Below are positions 27,243 to 37,741 of a stretch of DNA of 64,000 nucleotides, one piece after another; position 1 is the stretch's first letter; every line of letters begins with the position of its first letter. The position numbers and the translations under genes were made by a program. The notes under the pieces are model-generated. The model made no database searches and was not told the origin of the DNA. It saw only the letters and a program-made list of their open reading frames with translations. The DNA comes from Myxococcales bacterium (GTDB taxonomy: Bacteria > Myxococcota > Myxococcia > Myxococcales > JAKAPL01). Location: the NCBI GenBank assembly GCA_021783235.1, contig JAJXUD010000012.1, forward strand, positions 16,503-80,502, written 5' to 3'.

Positions 27243-28715
27243 ATGAACGCCTTGTTCGCCCGCAAGACCATCGCGCAGCTCCAGTCGGAGGCGGACGAGC
27301 AGGAGCACGGCCTGCGCCGGGCGCTCTCGGCCTTCAACCTGATGACGCTCGGGATCGGCGCCATCATCGGCGCTGGCATCTTCGTCTTGACGGGGGTGGC
27401 CGCGGCTCAGTACGCGGGCCCGGCGGTGGTGCTCTCCTTCATGCTGGGCGGAGTCGCCTGCGCCTTCGCCGGCCTCTGCTACGCCGAGATGGCGTCCACG
27501 GTGCCCATCGCCGGCAGCGCGTACACCTACTCCTACGCCACCATGGGCGAGCTCTTCGCCTGGATCATCGGCTGGGACCTCTGCCTCGAGTACGCCTTCG
27601 GCGCCACCACGGTGGCAATCGGCTGGTCCGGCTACGTGGTCAGCTTCCTCAAGAGCCTCGGGCTCGCCCTGCCCCAGGCGCTGACCCACGCGCCGGCCGA
27701 GGGGGGACTCCTGAACCTCCCGGCCGCCCTCATCGTCCTCGCCGTCACCGCGCTCCTCGTCGTGGGGGTCAAGGAGTCGGCCAACGTGACCTCGGCCATC
27801 GTGGTCGTGAAGGTGCTCGTCGTCCTCGCCTTCCTCGCCGCCTGCGCCCCCTTCATCCACGCCTCCAACTGGCATCCCTTCGTGCCGCGGAACAGCGGGG
27901 CGTTCGGCCACTACGGCTGGTCTGGGATCCTGCGGGGCGCCGGGGTGGTCTTCTTCGCCTACATCGGCTTCGACGCCGTCTCCACGGCGGCGCAGGAGGC
28001 GAAGAACCCGCAGCGGGACATGCCGATCGGCATCCTCGGGAGCCTCGTCGTCTGCACGCTGCTCTACATCGCGGTCGCGCTCGTCATCACTGGCATCGTG
28101 AGCTACACCACGCTGAACGTGCCCGATCCCATCGCGGTCGGCGTCGACGCGGTGGGCCTCACGTGGCTCGCGCCGATCATCAAGATCGGCGCCATCCTGG
28201 GGCTGACCTCGGTGATCCTGGTCATGCTGATGGGCCAGCCGCGCATCTTCTTCTCCATGGCGAACGACGGCCTCCTGCCGCCCGGGGCCGCCAAGATCCA
28301 TCCGCGCTTCCGCACGCCGTACGTGACGACGATGATCACGGGCGCGGTGGTCGCGGTGGCGGCGGCGCTCCTGCCCATCGGCGTCGTGGGCGAGCTCGTC
28401 AGCATCGGCACGCTCCTCGCCTTTGCACTCGTCTGCGCCGGCGTCCCCGTGCTCCGGCTGCTCGACCCGGACGCCAAGCGACCGTTCCGCACGCCCGCCG
28501 TCTGGCTGGTGGCGCCGCTCGGCGTGGCCTCGTCGCTGGCGCTCATGGCCGGGCTGCCGCTCGACACCTGGCTCCGGCTCGTCGTCTGGATGGCGATCGG
28601 CCTCGCCATCTACTTCTTCTACGGCCGCAAGCACAGCAAACTGCGGCTGGCCCGGCCGCCCAACGCGTCGAACGGTCCGCCGGAGACGGCGCGGGGTGTC
28701 GGAGGGATGAAGTAA
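27243..28715 (+). CDS. APC-superfamily amino acid permease (cationic amino acid transporter-like)
   Basis: [28 protein letters not shown] motif. Polytopic. Paralog of 23271-24908. Confidence 0.85.
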   Translation: MNALFARKTIAQLQSEADEQEHGLRRALSAFNLMTLGIGAIIGAGIFVLTGVAAAQYAGPAVVLSFMLGGVACAFAGLCYAEMASTVPIAGSAYTYSYATMGELFAWIIGWDLCLEYAFGATTVAIGWSGYVVSFLKSLGLALPQALTHAPAEGGLLNLPAALIVLAVTALLVVGVKESANVTSAIVVVKVLVVLAFLAACAPFIHASNWHPFVPRNSGAFGHYGWSGILRGAGVVFFAYIGFDAVSTAAQEAKNPQRDMPIGILGSLVVCTLLYIAVALVITGIVSYTTLNVPDPIAVGVDAVGLTWLAPIIKIGAILGLTSVILVMLMGQPRIFFSMANDGLLPPGAAKIHPRFRTPYVTTMITGAVVAVAAALLPIGVVGELVSIGTLLAFALVCAGVPVLRLLDPDAKRPFRTPAVWLVAPLGVASSLALMAGLPLDTWLRLVVWMAIGLAIYFFYGRKHSKLRLARPPNASNGPPETARGVGGMK

Positions 28716-28724
28716 GCAGTCGGG

Positions 28725-29126
28725 ATGCTCCGACCGGTCGCCATCGCCGCCCTCCTCTCCCTCGGCCAGTACGCGCCGTCCAACCCTTACGGCAAGGTGA
28801 CGGCGACGTTCTACCCGGCCACCCCCGCGCAGCCGTGGGCCGCGCCGCCGAGACCGCCGAACTCGCTCGAGGTCTACCGCGGGGTTCCCCCGCGCCCGGC
28901 CCGCGAGGTCGGCTTCGTCCACGTCGAGAGCCTGATGGGATATGCGCTCGGAATTCAACTGCTCGTCGGGACGGCGGCGGAACATGGCTGCGACGCGGTG
29001 GGCAACCTAGAGACCCGCCTCGGCGTCGGCGGTACGCCCACCGCCGGGTCGCCCTTTGCGCTGCAAGGCGGCCTCGGCTTCGTCGAGGAGCTCGACGCAA
29101 GCTGCTTCACCTGGGTGGGGAAGTAG
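28725..29126 (+). CDS. Hypothetical secreted protein
   Basis: ORF with a signal-like N-terminus MLRPVAIAALLSLG. No family recognised. Confidence 0.45.
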   Translation: MLRPVAIAALLSLGQYAPSNPYGKVTATFYPATPAQPWAAPPRPPNSLEVYRGVPPRPAREVGFVHVESLMGYALGIQLLVGTAAEHGCDAVGNLETRLGVGGTPTAGSPFALQGGLGFVEELDASCFTWVGK

Positions 29127-29226
29127 GCGAAGCTCGGCCCCCCTCCAGCGCCTCGCGCCGGAGGAGGGGAGCGGATGGAGCCCGTCGACGGGCGTCGATC
29201 GATTCCCGCCTCGGACCGAATGCGGC

Positions 29227-29670
29227 CTACCGGGCCTTCTTCCACTCATACGCCTGGATCTCGAAGGCGTTGAAGAAGAAGGCGATCTCGATGGCCGCGT
29301 TCTCGACCGAGTCCGAGCCGTGGACGCTGTTCTGCTCGACGTTCGTCGCGAAGTCCTTGCGGATCGTCCCCGCCGCGGCCTTCGCCGGGTCGGTCGCGCC
29401 CATGATCTCGCGGTTCTTCGCGACGGCGTTCTCGCCCTCGAGCACCATCGCGAGGATCGGGCCGCTCGTCATGTACTGGCAGAGCGACTTGAAGAACGGC
29501 CGCTCGCGATGGACCCCGTAAAAGGCCTCGGCCTGCGGCAACCCCAGCCGAACGAGCTTCATCGCGACGGGCTTGAGCCCCTGCTCCTCGAAACGGGCGA
29601 CAATCTTGCCGATGAGCCCCTTCTCGATGCCGTCGGGCTTGATGAGGGAGAGTGTGCGCTGCTGGGCCAT
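29227..29670 (-). CDS. ndk: Nucleoside diphosphate kinase
   Basis: [17 protein letters not shown] and NSVHGSDS (active-site His) motifs. Confidence 0.95.
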   Translation of the reverse strand: MAQQRTLSLIKPDGIEKGLIGKIVARFEEQGLKPVAMKLVRLGLPQAEAFYGVHRERPFFKSLCQYMTSGPILAMVLEGENAVAKNREIMGATDPAKAAAGTIRKDFATNVEQNSVHGSDSVENAAIEIAFFFNAFEIQAYEWKKAR

Positions 29671-29711
29671 GTGGAGTCTCCGAGGAAGGTGTTGGCGAGC
29701 GGACGGGCTCT

Positions 29712-30272
29712 TTACGACGCCGCGACCGATTGCGCAAGCCGCTTCCCCCGCTCGAGGGCCTCGCGCAGCCGCGGCAGCTCGTCGGCGCTCGCCCGATCGG
29801 CGAGAGCCGCTTCGACCGAGCGGAAGGTCACGATGGGACGGAGCTGGCAGAGCGCACCGACGACCGCGAGCCCGACGAGCCGCGGATCGCCGACCTCGGC
29901 CGGGACGAGCGGCAGAGAGACGGCCTTCCTGCCCCGCGGCGGAAGGAGCCCCTCCTCGCAGAGGAGCAGCGCCCCATCCCGGAGATCCCCGGCGTAGGCC
30001 GCGAGCGACTCGGGCGTCAGACAGACGAGCGCGTCGAGCTTCGAGACGTGGGGGCTCTCGATCTCCCGGTTCGCGAGGAGAACGTCCGATCGACCAGCCC
30101 TTCCCCGCGGATCGCTTCCATAGACCTGCGACTGGAGGGCGAACCGCCCCTCGTGAAGCACGGCGGCCTCGGCGAGAACGACGCCCGCAAAGACGAGACC
30201 GTGCTCACGGACGGCCCCGGCGAGCCGCAGCTCGATCCGCTCCCCGCGCTCTGCCGCCCCCCCCTCGTCCAA
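29712..30272 (-). CDS. 2-oxoacid:acceptor oxidoreductase gamma-subunit-like protein (PorG-like) with a degenerate N-terminal Gly motif
   Basis: Overall PorG-like pattern (…[11 protein letters not shown]…[16 protein letters not shown]…DALVCL…). The usual GxGGQG motif is replaced by AGAVREHG. No alpha or beta subunit gene is adjacent. Confidence 0.5.
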   Translation of the reverse strand: MDEGGAAERGERIELRLAGAVREHGLVFAGVVLAEAAVLHEGRFALQSQVYGSDPRGRAGRSDVLLANREIESPHVSKLDALVCLTPESLAAYAGDLRDGALLLCEEGLLPPRGRKAVSLPLVPAEVGDPRLVGLAVVGALCQLRPIVTFRSVEAALADRASADELPRLREALERGKRLAQSVAAS

Positions 30273-30284
30273 GCCGCCCTCCCC

Positions 30285-31352
30285 TCAGCGGGCCCGGCGC
30301 TTCGCGACGACCCGCTTCTTCGTCGCCTTTCGCGCGGGCTTCGCCGCCGGCTTGACGGCCCGGGTGGCCTTCGCCCGACCGCGCGCCTTCGCCGCGACCT
30401 TGACCCGCGGCTTCGAACCGCCAGGGCTGCGACTCGGCTTGCGGCTCGACTTCGCGAGGCGCCGCGCGAGCAGATCCTTCATCGCCCGCCCCATGTCGGC
30501 AGGGCTGTCGACGACCTGAACTCCGGCCGCCCGCAAGGCCGCGACCTTGTCCTGAGCCGTCCCCTTCCCTCCGGAGATGATGGCACCGGCATGTCCCATC
30601 CGCTTCCCCGGAGGCGCGGTACGTCCCGCGATGAAGCCCACCACCGGCTTCTTCATCTCATGTCGAATGTATTCAGCCGCTCGCTCCTCGGCACCGCCGC
30701 CGATCTCGCCGATCATCACGACGCCGTCGGTGCGCGGATCGGCCTCGAAGCGCGAGAGGCAGTCGATGAAGTCGGTGCCGTTGACGGGATCGCCGCCGAT
30801 GCCGACGCAGGTCGACTGGCCGATTCCCTCCAGCGTGAGCTGGTGGACCGCCTCGTAGGTGAGGGTGCCGGAGCGCGAGACGACGCCGATGCGCCCCTCC
30901 TTGTGAATGTGGCCCGGCATGATGCCGATCTTGCAGGCGCCCGGCGTGATGACGCCGGGGCAGTTGGGGCCGACGAGCCGGATGGGCTGGCCCGCGATGG
31001 CCCGCTTGACGCGCACCATGTCGAGCACTGGGATGCCTTCTGTGATCGTGACGATGAGCCCGATGCCCGCGTCGGCCGCCTCGAGGATGGCGTCTGCGGC
31101 GAAGGCGGGGGGCACGAAGATGACCGTGGCGTCCGCCCCGGTGGCCTCGACCGCCTGGGCGACGGTGTCGTAGATCGGGACCTTCTTCCCGGCCGCGGCG
31201 GGCGCCTCGAAGAAGGTGCCGCCTTTCCCCGGCGTCACGCCGCCGACGAGCTTCGTGCCGTAGGCGAGCATCTGGCCAGAGTGAAAGGCGCCGGCCGAGC
31301 CGGTGATGCCCTGGCAGAGGAGCTTGGTGTTCGAATCGACGAAGATGGCCAT
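30285..31352 (-). CDS. sucD: Succinate--CoA ligase subunit alpha with a ~59-aa Lys/Arg/Ala/Pro-rich C-terminal extension
   Basis: Canonical SucD core ([18 protein letters not shown]…[14 protein letters not shown]…). A basic tail ([59 protein letters not shown]) follows the normal end of the protein. Confidence 0.9.
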   Translation of the reverse strand: MAIFVDSNTKLLCQGITGSAGAFHSGQMLAYGTKLVGGVTPGKGGTFFEAPAAAGKKVPIYDTVAQAVEATGADATVIFVPPAFAADAILEAADAGIGLIVTITEGIPVLDMVRVKRAIAGQPIRLVGPNCPGVITPGACKIGIMPGHIHKEGRIGVVSRSGTLTYEAVHQLTLEGIGQSTCVGIGGDPVNGTDFIDCLSRFEADPRTDGVVMIGEIGGGAEERAAEYIRHEMKKPVVGFIAGRTAPPGKRMGHAGAIISGGKGTAQDKVAALRAAGVQVVDSPADMGRAMKDLLARRLAKSSRKPSRSPGGSKPRVKVAAKARGRAKATRAVKPAAKPARKATKKRVVAKRRAR

Positions 31353-31370
31353 GGCGTTCTCCTGTCGCCG

Positions 31371-32546
31371 CTAAGCGGCAGCCTGCTGGCGTGCGGCGGC
31401 GACGACCTTCTCGGCCGCGTCGCGCATGCCGTCCGCGGAGGTGATGGCGAGGCCGCTCTGGGCAAGGATCGCCTTGCCCTTCTCGACGTTGGTTCCCTCG
31501 AGCCGGACGACCAGCGGCAGCCGGAGCCCGACCTCGCGCGCCGCGACCACGATCCCCTCGGCGATGACGTCGCACTTCATGATGCCACCGAAGATGTTCA
31601 CGAGGACCGCTCGGACATGGGTGTCGCCCAGGATGATCTTGAAGGCCGCCGTCACCTTCTTCGCGTCGGCGCCGCCACCTACGTCGAGAAAGTTCGCCGG
31701 CTGGCCGCCCGCGAGCTTGATGATGTCCATGGTCGCCATCGCGAGGCCGGCGCCATTCACCATGCAGCCGATGTTCCCTTCGAGGGCGATGTACGAGAGG
31801 TCGAACTGCTTCGCCTCGTTCTCGCGCGGGTCCTCCTCGTCCGGGTCGCGCATGGCCGCGAGATCGGGGTGGCGGAAGAGCGCGTTGTCGTCGAGGTTGA
31901 TCTTCGCGTCGAGCGCCAGCACATCGCCGCCCTTCGTGAGGACGAGCGGGTTGATCTCGGCGAGGCTCGCGTCGACCCGCTCGTAGGCCACGGCGAGGGC
32001 GCGCGCGAACTCGACGAAGCGGTTCGCGACGTCCTTGCCGAGCCCCAGCCCGTAGGCGAGCTTGCGGCCTTGGAACGAGGAGAGGCCCACCACCGGATCG
32101 ATCGCGGTCTTCAGGATCTTCTCGGGGTGCTTCGCGGCGACCTCTTCGATCTCGACGCCGCCCTCGGAGGAGGCCATCAGCGTGAGCCGGGAGCTGTCCC
32201 GGTCCAGAGTGAGCCCGAGGTAGAGTTCGCGGGCGATGTCGCAGCCCTGCTCGACGAGGACGCGCCGGACCTTCTGCCCGGCGGGACCGGTCTGGTGGGT
32301 CACGAGCTGCATCCCGAGGATCTCCTGGGCGCGGGCGCGCGCCTCCTCGGGAGAGCGGGCCAGCTTGACACCGCCGCCCTTGCCGCGGCCGCCGGCGTGG
32401 ATCTGTGCCTTGACGACGCAGACAGCCCCGCCCAGCTCACGGGCAATCGCCTGGGCCTCCTCGGGCGTCGTCGCAATCCGGCCCTTCGGAACGGGCACGT
32501 TGAAGCGCCGGAGGATCTCCTTCGCCTGATACTCGTGGATCTTCAT
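31371..32546 (-). CDS. sucC: Succinate--CoA ligase subunit beta
   Basis: [21 protein letters not shown]-terminus, an ATP-grasp domain and a CoA-ligase domain. Confidence 0.95.
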   Translation of the reverse strand: MKIHEYQAKEILRRFNVPVPKGRIATTPEEAQAIARELGGAVCVVKAQIHAGGRGKGGGVKLARSPEEARARAQEILGMQLVTHQTGPAGQKVRRVLVEQGCDIARELYLGLTLDRDSSRLTLMASSEGGVEIEEVAAKHPEKILKTAIDPVVGLSSFQGRKLAYGLGLGKDVANRFVEFARALAVAYERVDASLAEINPLVLTKGGDVLALDAKINLDDNALFRHPDLAAMRDPDEEDPRENEAKQFDLSYIALEGNIGCMVNGAGLAMATMDIIKLAGGQPANFLDVGGGADAKKVTAAFKIILGDTHVRAVLVNIFGGIMKCDVIAEGIVVAAREVGLRLPLVVRLEGTNVEKGKAILAQSGLAITSADGMRDAAEKVVAAARQQAAA

Positions 32547-32555
32547 CGCGTCCCT

Positions 32556-33338
32556 CTATCGGTAGTGCGGGTCGTCTGTCGTCTGCTCGCCGTGGTTCGA
32601 GAGCAAGAGGTCCTTGAGCGATTGGACCAGCGTGGCGCCGCCCATCTCCGCGATGGAACTCGTGAGCGGAATGTGCTTCGGGCAGACGCGGACGCAGTTC
32701 TGGTCCTTGTTGCAGTCGCCGACCCCGCCTGGACCCATGAGCCCGCGCAGCCGCTCGGCGGCGTGGATCTTCCCGGTCGGGTGGAGGTTGAAGAGCTTCA
32801 CCTGCGAGATCGCGGCCGCGCCGATGAAGGGCGAGTGGTCGTTCACCTGCGGGCACGCCTCGAGGCAGCAGCCACAGGTCATGCACGTGGAGAGGACGTA
32901 GCGATCCTGCTGGACGTCCGGATCGACTCGCGGCCCGGCGCCGAGGTCGTAGGTCCCGTCGATCGGGATCCAGGCCCGGACTCGCTTGAGCGCGTCGAAC
33001 ATCCGCTGCCGATCGACCGCGAGGTCGCGGACCAACGGGAACTTGCCCATCGGCTCGACGGTGATCGGCTGCTCGAGCTTCGAGACCAGGGATGAGCACG
33101 CCTGGCGGACGGTCCCGTTGATGACCATCGAGCAGGCCCCGCAGACCTCCTCGAGGCAGTTGCTGTCCCAGATCACGGGGGTCGTGGGCTTGCCGTCCGC
33201 CGTGACCGGGTTGCGCTGGATGTGCATCAGGCACGAGATGACGTTCGCGCCCTGGTGCGGCTCGACCGCGAACTCTTCCCAGTACTGAGCGCCCGGGATA
33301 CCACGCCTGATGCGGAGTCTGATCTTGTCTTGGGCCAT
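32556..33338 (-). CDS. sdhB: Succinate dehydrogenase/fumarate reductase iron-sulfur subunit
   Basis: 2Fe-2S motif (CLEEVCGACSMVING), then CMTCGCCLEACP and CNKDQNCVRVCP clusters. The start at 33338 has GAGGAGA upstream. Confidence 0.9.
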   Translation of the reverse strand: MAQDKIRLRIRRGIPGAQYWEEFAVEPHQGANVISCLMHIQRNPVTADGKPTTPVIWDSNCLEEVCGACSMVINGTVRQACSSLVSKLEQPITVEPMGKFPLVRDLAVDRQRMFDALKRVRAWIPIDGTYDLGAGPRVDPDVQQDRYVLSTCMTCGCCLEACPQVNDHSPFIGAAAISQVKLFNLHPTGKIHAAERLRGLMGPGGVGDCNKDQNCVRVCPKHIPLTSSIAEMGGATLVQSLKDLLLSNHGEQTTDDPHYR

Positions 33339-33541
33339 CGCTCGTTCGTCTCCTCGCGAAGGACACCACCTTTTCGACGATCGGGAGGCGGAGCGCAAGA
33401 ACGTTCTGCGCCCCCCCCTCGATGGCTGACTCTCGGCTGGGGCTGGCGCCGCCCGAGCCACCAGGACCATAAGGCTTTCCCTAATTGCAACTGAATCTCG
33501 GACCCCCTATTCTCCAGCCTGAGACCTGGCTTGGGGGAACC

Positions 33542-33913
33542 ATGCGGCTGCTGCTCTGCGGGCCCGACGCGCTGGAGGTCATCGATGCGATCGCCTCGGC
33601 CGTCGGGATGAATGGTGACGAGACTCACCTCTGCGACCACGGGTTGCCCTTCGAGCGGCGGCTCGAGCAGGCACAGGCCTTCGCCCCCGACGTCGGCGTC
33701 TTCTACCTGCCGCTCGATCCGAATGGCGAGATCGATGAAGGGCGAGCGCTCCGCGAGTGGCGAAGGCGGGTCGTCTGCCTCATGACCGACCCCAGGAGCC
33801 AGTCCGTTCGGGCCGAGCAGATGGGCGCGACCGCGCTGCTCGAGGCGCCCTTCGATCTCGAGGCGCTCGAGCGGGCGATTTACGGCGAGGCGGCGCTGAG
33901 GCTGAGGCAGTAG
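33542..33913 (+). CDS. Small receiver-like (CheY-fold-like) protein; identity uncertain
   Basis: MRLLLCGPD… layout loosely resembles a REC domain, but the acidic pocket and phospho-Asp cannot be confirmed by eye. Confidence 0.35.
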   Translation: MRLLLCGPDALEVIDAIASAVGMNGDETHLCDHGLPFERRLEQAQAFAPDVGVFYLPLDPNGEIDEGRALREWRRRVVCLMTDPRSQSVRAEQMGATALLEAPFDLEALERAIYGEAALRLRQ

Positions 33914-33963
33914 CGCTCGGGGGCCCGGGCCGAAGGGGAACGGACGACGCGGGCGGATCTCGC

Positions 33964-36525
33964 TCAGCCTGCCGACGCGCCCCCGTCAACCCGCGCGACC
34001 GCGAGCATCTTTGCCATCCCCTCGAAAAGCGCAGAGAGCGACGCCGCGACATCAGGGGGCGCCTCGAAGACGACCCGCCCCGAGGGGTTCGAGCGGATCT
34101 CGAGCCGGGAGAAGAGGCCGCGGATCTGGTCAGCGACGAGATCGTCCCGGGCGGGGACCGGCGCCGCCAGTGCCGGATGGGGCAGGGAACCGGGGAGAGT
34201 GTCGGGCGGTGGGCCGTCGGGCAGCGGCTCATCCTCGCCGCCCTTCTGATCGACGGTGCTCGTCCCCCCGGGCGCGGGCGGCGCGACCACCTTCTCGAGC
34301 CGCGAGAGGAACGAGCCCGAGCGGGCAAACGCCACCTCGTCGCTCTGGCCGTCGAAGAGCCCCGAGAAGAGCGCCTTCTTGTCGCCGACGAGGAAGGAGA
34401 TCCGCTCCTCAATGCCTGGCTGGGAGACGAGGCAGTAGACCTCGACCGGACTCGCTTGGCCGAGCCGGTGGATGCGGCCGATCCGCTGATCGAGCACCGC
34501 CGGGTTCCAGGGCAGCTCGAGGTTCACGCAGCAGCTCGCCGCGCGCTGTAGGTTCAGCCCGACCCCGCCCGCGTCGCTCGCGAAGAGGACCCGGGTCTTC
34601 GGGTCGTCGTGGAAGTCGACGAGGTTCTGGGTGCGTCGCTTCTGCCCCTCCTCGCCCGTGAAGAAGACCGCCCGCAGCCCCGCCGCCGACAGGAGGTCGG
34701 AGGTGGCCCACTGGGCGAGCCGCAGCATGCGCCGCCACTGGCTGAAGACGACGACCCTGCGCTCCTGCGAGACCGCGACGTTCGCGACGAGCTCGCGCAG
34801 CTCGAGGAGCTTCGGAGAAGAGAGGCCCGCGAGCAACGCATCGGTGGGCACGGCCGCCGAGAGCGCCGGCCAGACCTCCTCGAAGTCGATCTGGGCGAGT
34901 CCGTTGCAGATCATCCGCTGTGTCGTGAAGAGGCTCATGAGCCGGAGGAACTCGGGCTGCGTGAGCGGCCGGCGACGCGCCCGACCGAGGATCCGCGCGA
35001 TCGGCTCGTTCATCTCGTCATGCCGCTCCTGCTGCGCGGCTGTCAGCGGAACCGGGATCCGCGTCTCGGTGCGCGAGGGAAGCTGGCTCAAGACCTCGCT
35101 CCGCACCCGGCGGAGCAAGCAGCTCGACAGCCGTGCGCGCAGCGTGTCGAGGTGGCGGGCCCCGACCACCTCCCGCCCCCCATCCGCCTGGACCGAGTGC
35201 CAGGGGCCGAGCCGCCACTTGGGTTCGAGCGCCCGGTCGTCAATCCACTCGAGGAGCGAGGCGAGCTCGTCCAGCCGGTTTTCCATCGGCGTCCCAGTGA
35301 GGACCAGCCGGTAGCGCGGCGAGAGCCGCTTCACCTGGGAGGAGGTCTTGGTCTCCCAGTTCTTGATCCGCTGCGCCTCGTCCAGGACCACGAGTTCGGG
35401 AGCAAAGCGCTGCATCCAGCGGAGATCGCGGAGCACCTGCTCGTAGTTCGCGACGAGGACACCCGACCGGCAGCGCTCGTAGGACCGCTGCCGCTCGGCC
35501 GCCCCGCCCTCCACCAGCGTCGCCGGGACGTCCGTGAACTGTCGCCACTCACGCAGCCACTGCGGCTTGAGCGCCGCGGGCACGACGAGCAGCCCTCGCT
35601 TCACGCGCCCGGCCCGAAAGAGCGCGTGGGCCGAGGCGATCGCCTGCGCGGTCTTCCCGAGACCCATGTCGTCGGCGAGCAGAAGCCGCCCCGCCGCGAG
35701 GAAGCGGCGCACACCCGCCATCTGGTAGGGATAGAGTTCGACCCGGAGACCCCGGAGCCATCCGCGAAGCTCGGCCGCCGAGCAGCCGCCACCGCTCCAG
35801 CTCAGCCGTTCGACCTCCTCGGCGAGGAGCGGCCCGAGCGCCGGGTCCGCCCCCTCCCCGGACCGCCGGTCGGAGACGAGCCGCTGCAGATCGAGGACGA
35901 GATCGCGGCGACGCCCGAGGCGATCGGCGAAGGCCTCTCGCAGCCGGCCGTCCGCCCGAAACCAGCGCCTCACCCGTTCGCGCTCGTCCTGCCCCTCCGC
36001 GGCGCCGTCCCAACGGACCCGCTCGAGCCAGTCTCCCGGCCCCGTCAGAGGCCGAACGGGATCCCAGGCGAGTCCGACCATCGCGCGACCCGGCAGCGCC
36101 CGCACCTTGCCCAGGACACCCGTCTTCGCGAGTTCCTCGACGACGGCGGCGAGGTGCTTGCACAGGCCGAGCGAGCTACGCCCGAAGTCGCGGCATTCGC
36201 AGGCGGCCCGAAACGGATCCAGTGCGGCGAGCCTCATCCGGTAGGGCCGGACAGCGCCCTGCCGGGCCGTCCGGTAGACTCCGAGCGGTCCCGCGGGACG
36301 CAGCGTCAGCCGCAGCGCCTCCCGCCTCGCCGATGCCACCCGGCGAACCAGCGCATCCAGCGCGGCCCGCTGAAGCGCGAGGTCGCCCCCCTCCGTCACC
36401 CGCATCGCCTGCCGGGCGAGCCAGTCAGGCGGGATTCCACCGCTCTTCCCGCGCGCGAGATCGCACAGAACCGCGAAGGCCTCGAGCCCGGCATCGACAG
36501 GGGCCCCAAGCGACGGATCGGCCAT
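33964..36525 (-). CDS. SNF2-family helicase/ATPase with an N-terminal SWIM zinc finger
   Basis: SWIM motif (CECRDFGRSSLGLCKH). SNF2 motifs (LADDMGLGKT, VLDEAQRIKN, LTGTPMEN). Helicase-C motifs (LNLQRAASCCVNLELPWNPAVLDQRIGRIHRLGQ). Strong GGGAGGAG before the ATG at 36525. Confidence 0.9.
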   Translation of the reverse strand: MADPSLGAPVDAGLEAFAVLCDLARGKSGGIPPDWLARQAMRVTEGGDLALQRAALDALVRRVASARREALRLTLRPAGPLGVYRTARQGAVRPYRMRLAALDPFRAACECRDFGRSSLGLCKHLAAVVEELAKTGVLGKVRALPGRAMVGLAWDPVRPLTGPGDWLERVRWDGAAEGQDERERVRRWFRADGRLREAFADRLGRRRDLVLDLQRLVSDRRSGEGADPALGPLLAEEVERLSWSGGGCSAAELRGWLRGLRVELYPYQMAGVRRFLAAGRLLLADDMGLGKTAQAIASAHALFRAGRVKRGLLVVPAALKPQWLREWRQFTDVPATLVEGGAAERQRSYERCRSGVLVANYEQVLRDLRWMQRFAPELVVLDEAQRIKNWETKTSSQVKRLSPRYRLVLTGTPMENRLDELASLLEWIDDRALEPKWRLGPWHSVQADGGREVVGARHLDTLRARLSSCLLRRVRSEVLSQLPSRTETRIPVPLTAAQQERHDEMNEPIARILGRARRRPLTQPEFLRLMSLFTTQRMICNGLAQIDFEEVWPALSAAVPTDALLAGLSSPKLLELRELVANVAVSQERRVVVFSQWRRMLRLAQWATSDLLSAAGLRAVFFTGEEGQKRRTQNLVDFHDDPKTRVLFASDAGGVGLNLQRAASCCVNLELPWNPAVLDQRIGRIHRLGQASPVEVYCLVSQPGIEERISFLVGDKKALFSGLFDGQSDEVAFARSGSFLSRLEKVVAPPAPGGTSTVDQKGGEDEPLPDGPPPDTLPGSLPHPALAAPVPARDDLVADQIRGLFSRLEIRSNPSGRVVFEAPPDVAASLSALFEGMAKMLAVARVDGGASAG

Positions 36526-36706
36526 GCTTACTCCTCCCTGAGAAGGTCGGAACCTACCCCGCCCCTCTGACGTGGCGACCACGCACGCCGCGGGCCGGGA
36601 GATGGAGGACCACGTTCCCCCCCCAACCTTCTTCCCGCGACGCCTCGCGCGGGAGAGGAGCGGCCGGACCGCCTCGAGAGAGACGACTCCCTTCCCCGCC
36701 TTGCGT

Positions 36707-37741
36707 TCAGCCCGCGGCCGGGCTGCTCACGAGCGCGTCGCCGGGCAGCGGGGCGAGCAGGATTCCGAGCGCCCCTAGGCCGGCGAGAACCGAAGCGGCC
36801 GATGGCGAGCTGGAAAGCGACGGCACGACGAGCCACTGGAACGAGAGCCAGAGTCCAAGGAGCACGGCGCTTGCGCCGACCCGCAAGAGCTTCGGGTTTC
36901 GTTTTGCGCTCTCGCGCATCAGCCCGGTGAAGGGGCCGACGAAGATGAGAGCGACGCAGACGAGGCCGAGGGTCTGCCAGACGGCGGCGTGGCGAACGAC
37001 GAGAAACTCGGTCTCGTCGGGGAGGTTGCCGTACCAGATGGTGAGGAACTGGGCCCAGCCAAGGTAGGCCCAGAAGACGGCGAGGCCGAAGAGTAGCTTG
37101 CCGATGTCGTGCCGGAGGTCGCCGTCCTCCGGACGCACGCTCGCGGCGAGCGACGCGATGGCCGCGCCGCCGAGGAAGCTGCTCATGAAGTAGAAAGCCC
37201 CGATGAGGGCATCGCTCCAGGTGGGATCCATCGCCAGGACGAAGTCCAGCGCCCAGAGGGTTAGGACGATGACGAAGGAGAGGCAAAACGCGATGGCGAT
37301 CCGCTTCGCCGGCGTGCCCTCGAGCCGGCGGCGCGCGTAGGCGCGGGCGAGCCCGAAGAGAACTGCCGCGCCGAGCAAGCTCCGCACGGCGAAGAAGGGG
37401 ACGTTCAGCCACCAGCGGTGATCGGCAGGGGCGCTCTCGGGCCACGGGGCCCAGCGGGCGCTCGCCGCGACGAGAACCACGAGGCCGCCGAAGCTCCAGG
37501 GGAGGAGACGGATGCCGGCCGAGCAGGCGGGGACGAGCCGATCGGCCCAGCGCCCCTCGGCGATCTCGGAGGCCGCGAGCACGATGAGCGACCCGAGCGC
37601 CGCGCCGGTGACGAACAGCCAGGTCGCGACGAGTCCGCCGAAGGCCGCGCGGGCCGACATCGCGAAGCCAGCGCCGAGGAGGGCGATTCCCCCTCCGGCG
37701 AAAAGCCAGCCCTTCGCCGTTCGAGCTCTGGTGTCGGTCAC
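36707..37741 (-). CDS. actF: ACIII subunit ActF (cluster 2)
   Basis: The GTG start overlaps the actE2 stop (GTGA). Polytopic membrane protein. Paralog of 3807-4799. Confidence 0.8.
   Translation of the reverse strand: MTDTRARTAKGWLFAGGGIALLGAGFAMSARAAFGGLVATWLFVTGAALGSLIVLAASEIAEGRWADRLVPACSAGIRLLPWSFGGLVVLVAASARWAPWPESAPADHRWWLNVPFFAVRSLLGAAVLFGLARAYARRRLEGTPAKRIAIAFCLSFVIVLTLWALDFVLAMDPTWSDALIGAFYFMSSFLGGAAIASLAASVRPEDGDLRHDIGKLLFGLAVFWAYLGWAQFLTIWYGNLPDETEFLVVRHAAVWQTLGLVCVALIFVGPFTGLMRESAKRNPKLLRVGASAVLLGLWLSFQWLVVPSLSSSPSAASVLAGLGALGILLAPLPGDALVSSPAAG

Noticed and set aside
29652-33095. 1147-aa plus-strand ORF across the ndk/sucDC/sdhB region
   Set aside because: It is antisense to four unmistakable housekeeping genes.
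33339-33541. Lower-GC patch (…ataaggctttccctaattgcaactgaatctcgg…) between divergent sdhB and the receiver-like ORF, considered as a promoter (TTGCAA … TATGGT on the minus strand)
   Set aside because: The spacer is only ~13-14 nt, so the hexamer pair is not convincing. The region is probably promoter-containing, but no specific site can be supported.
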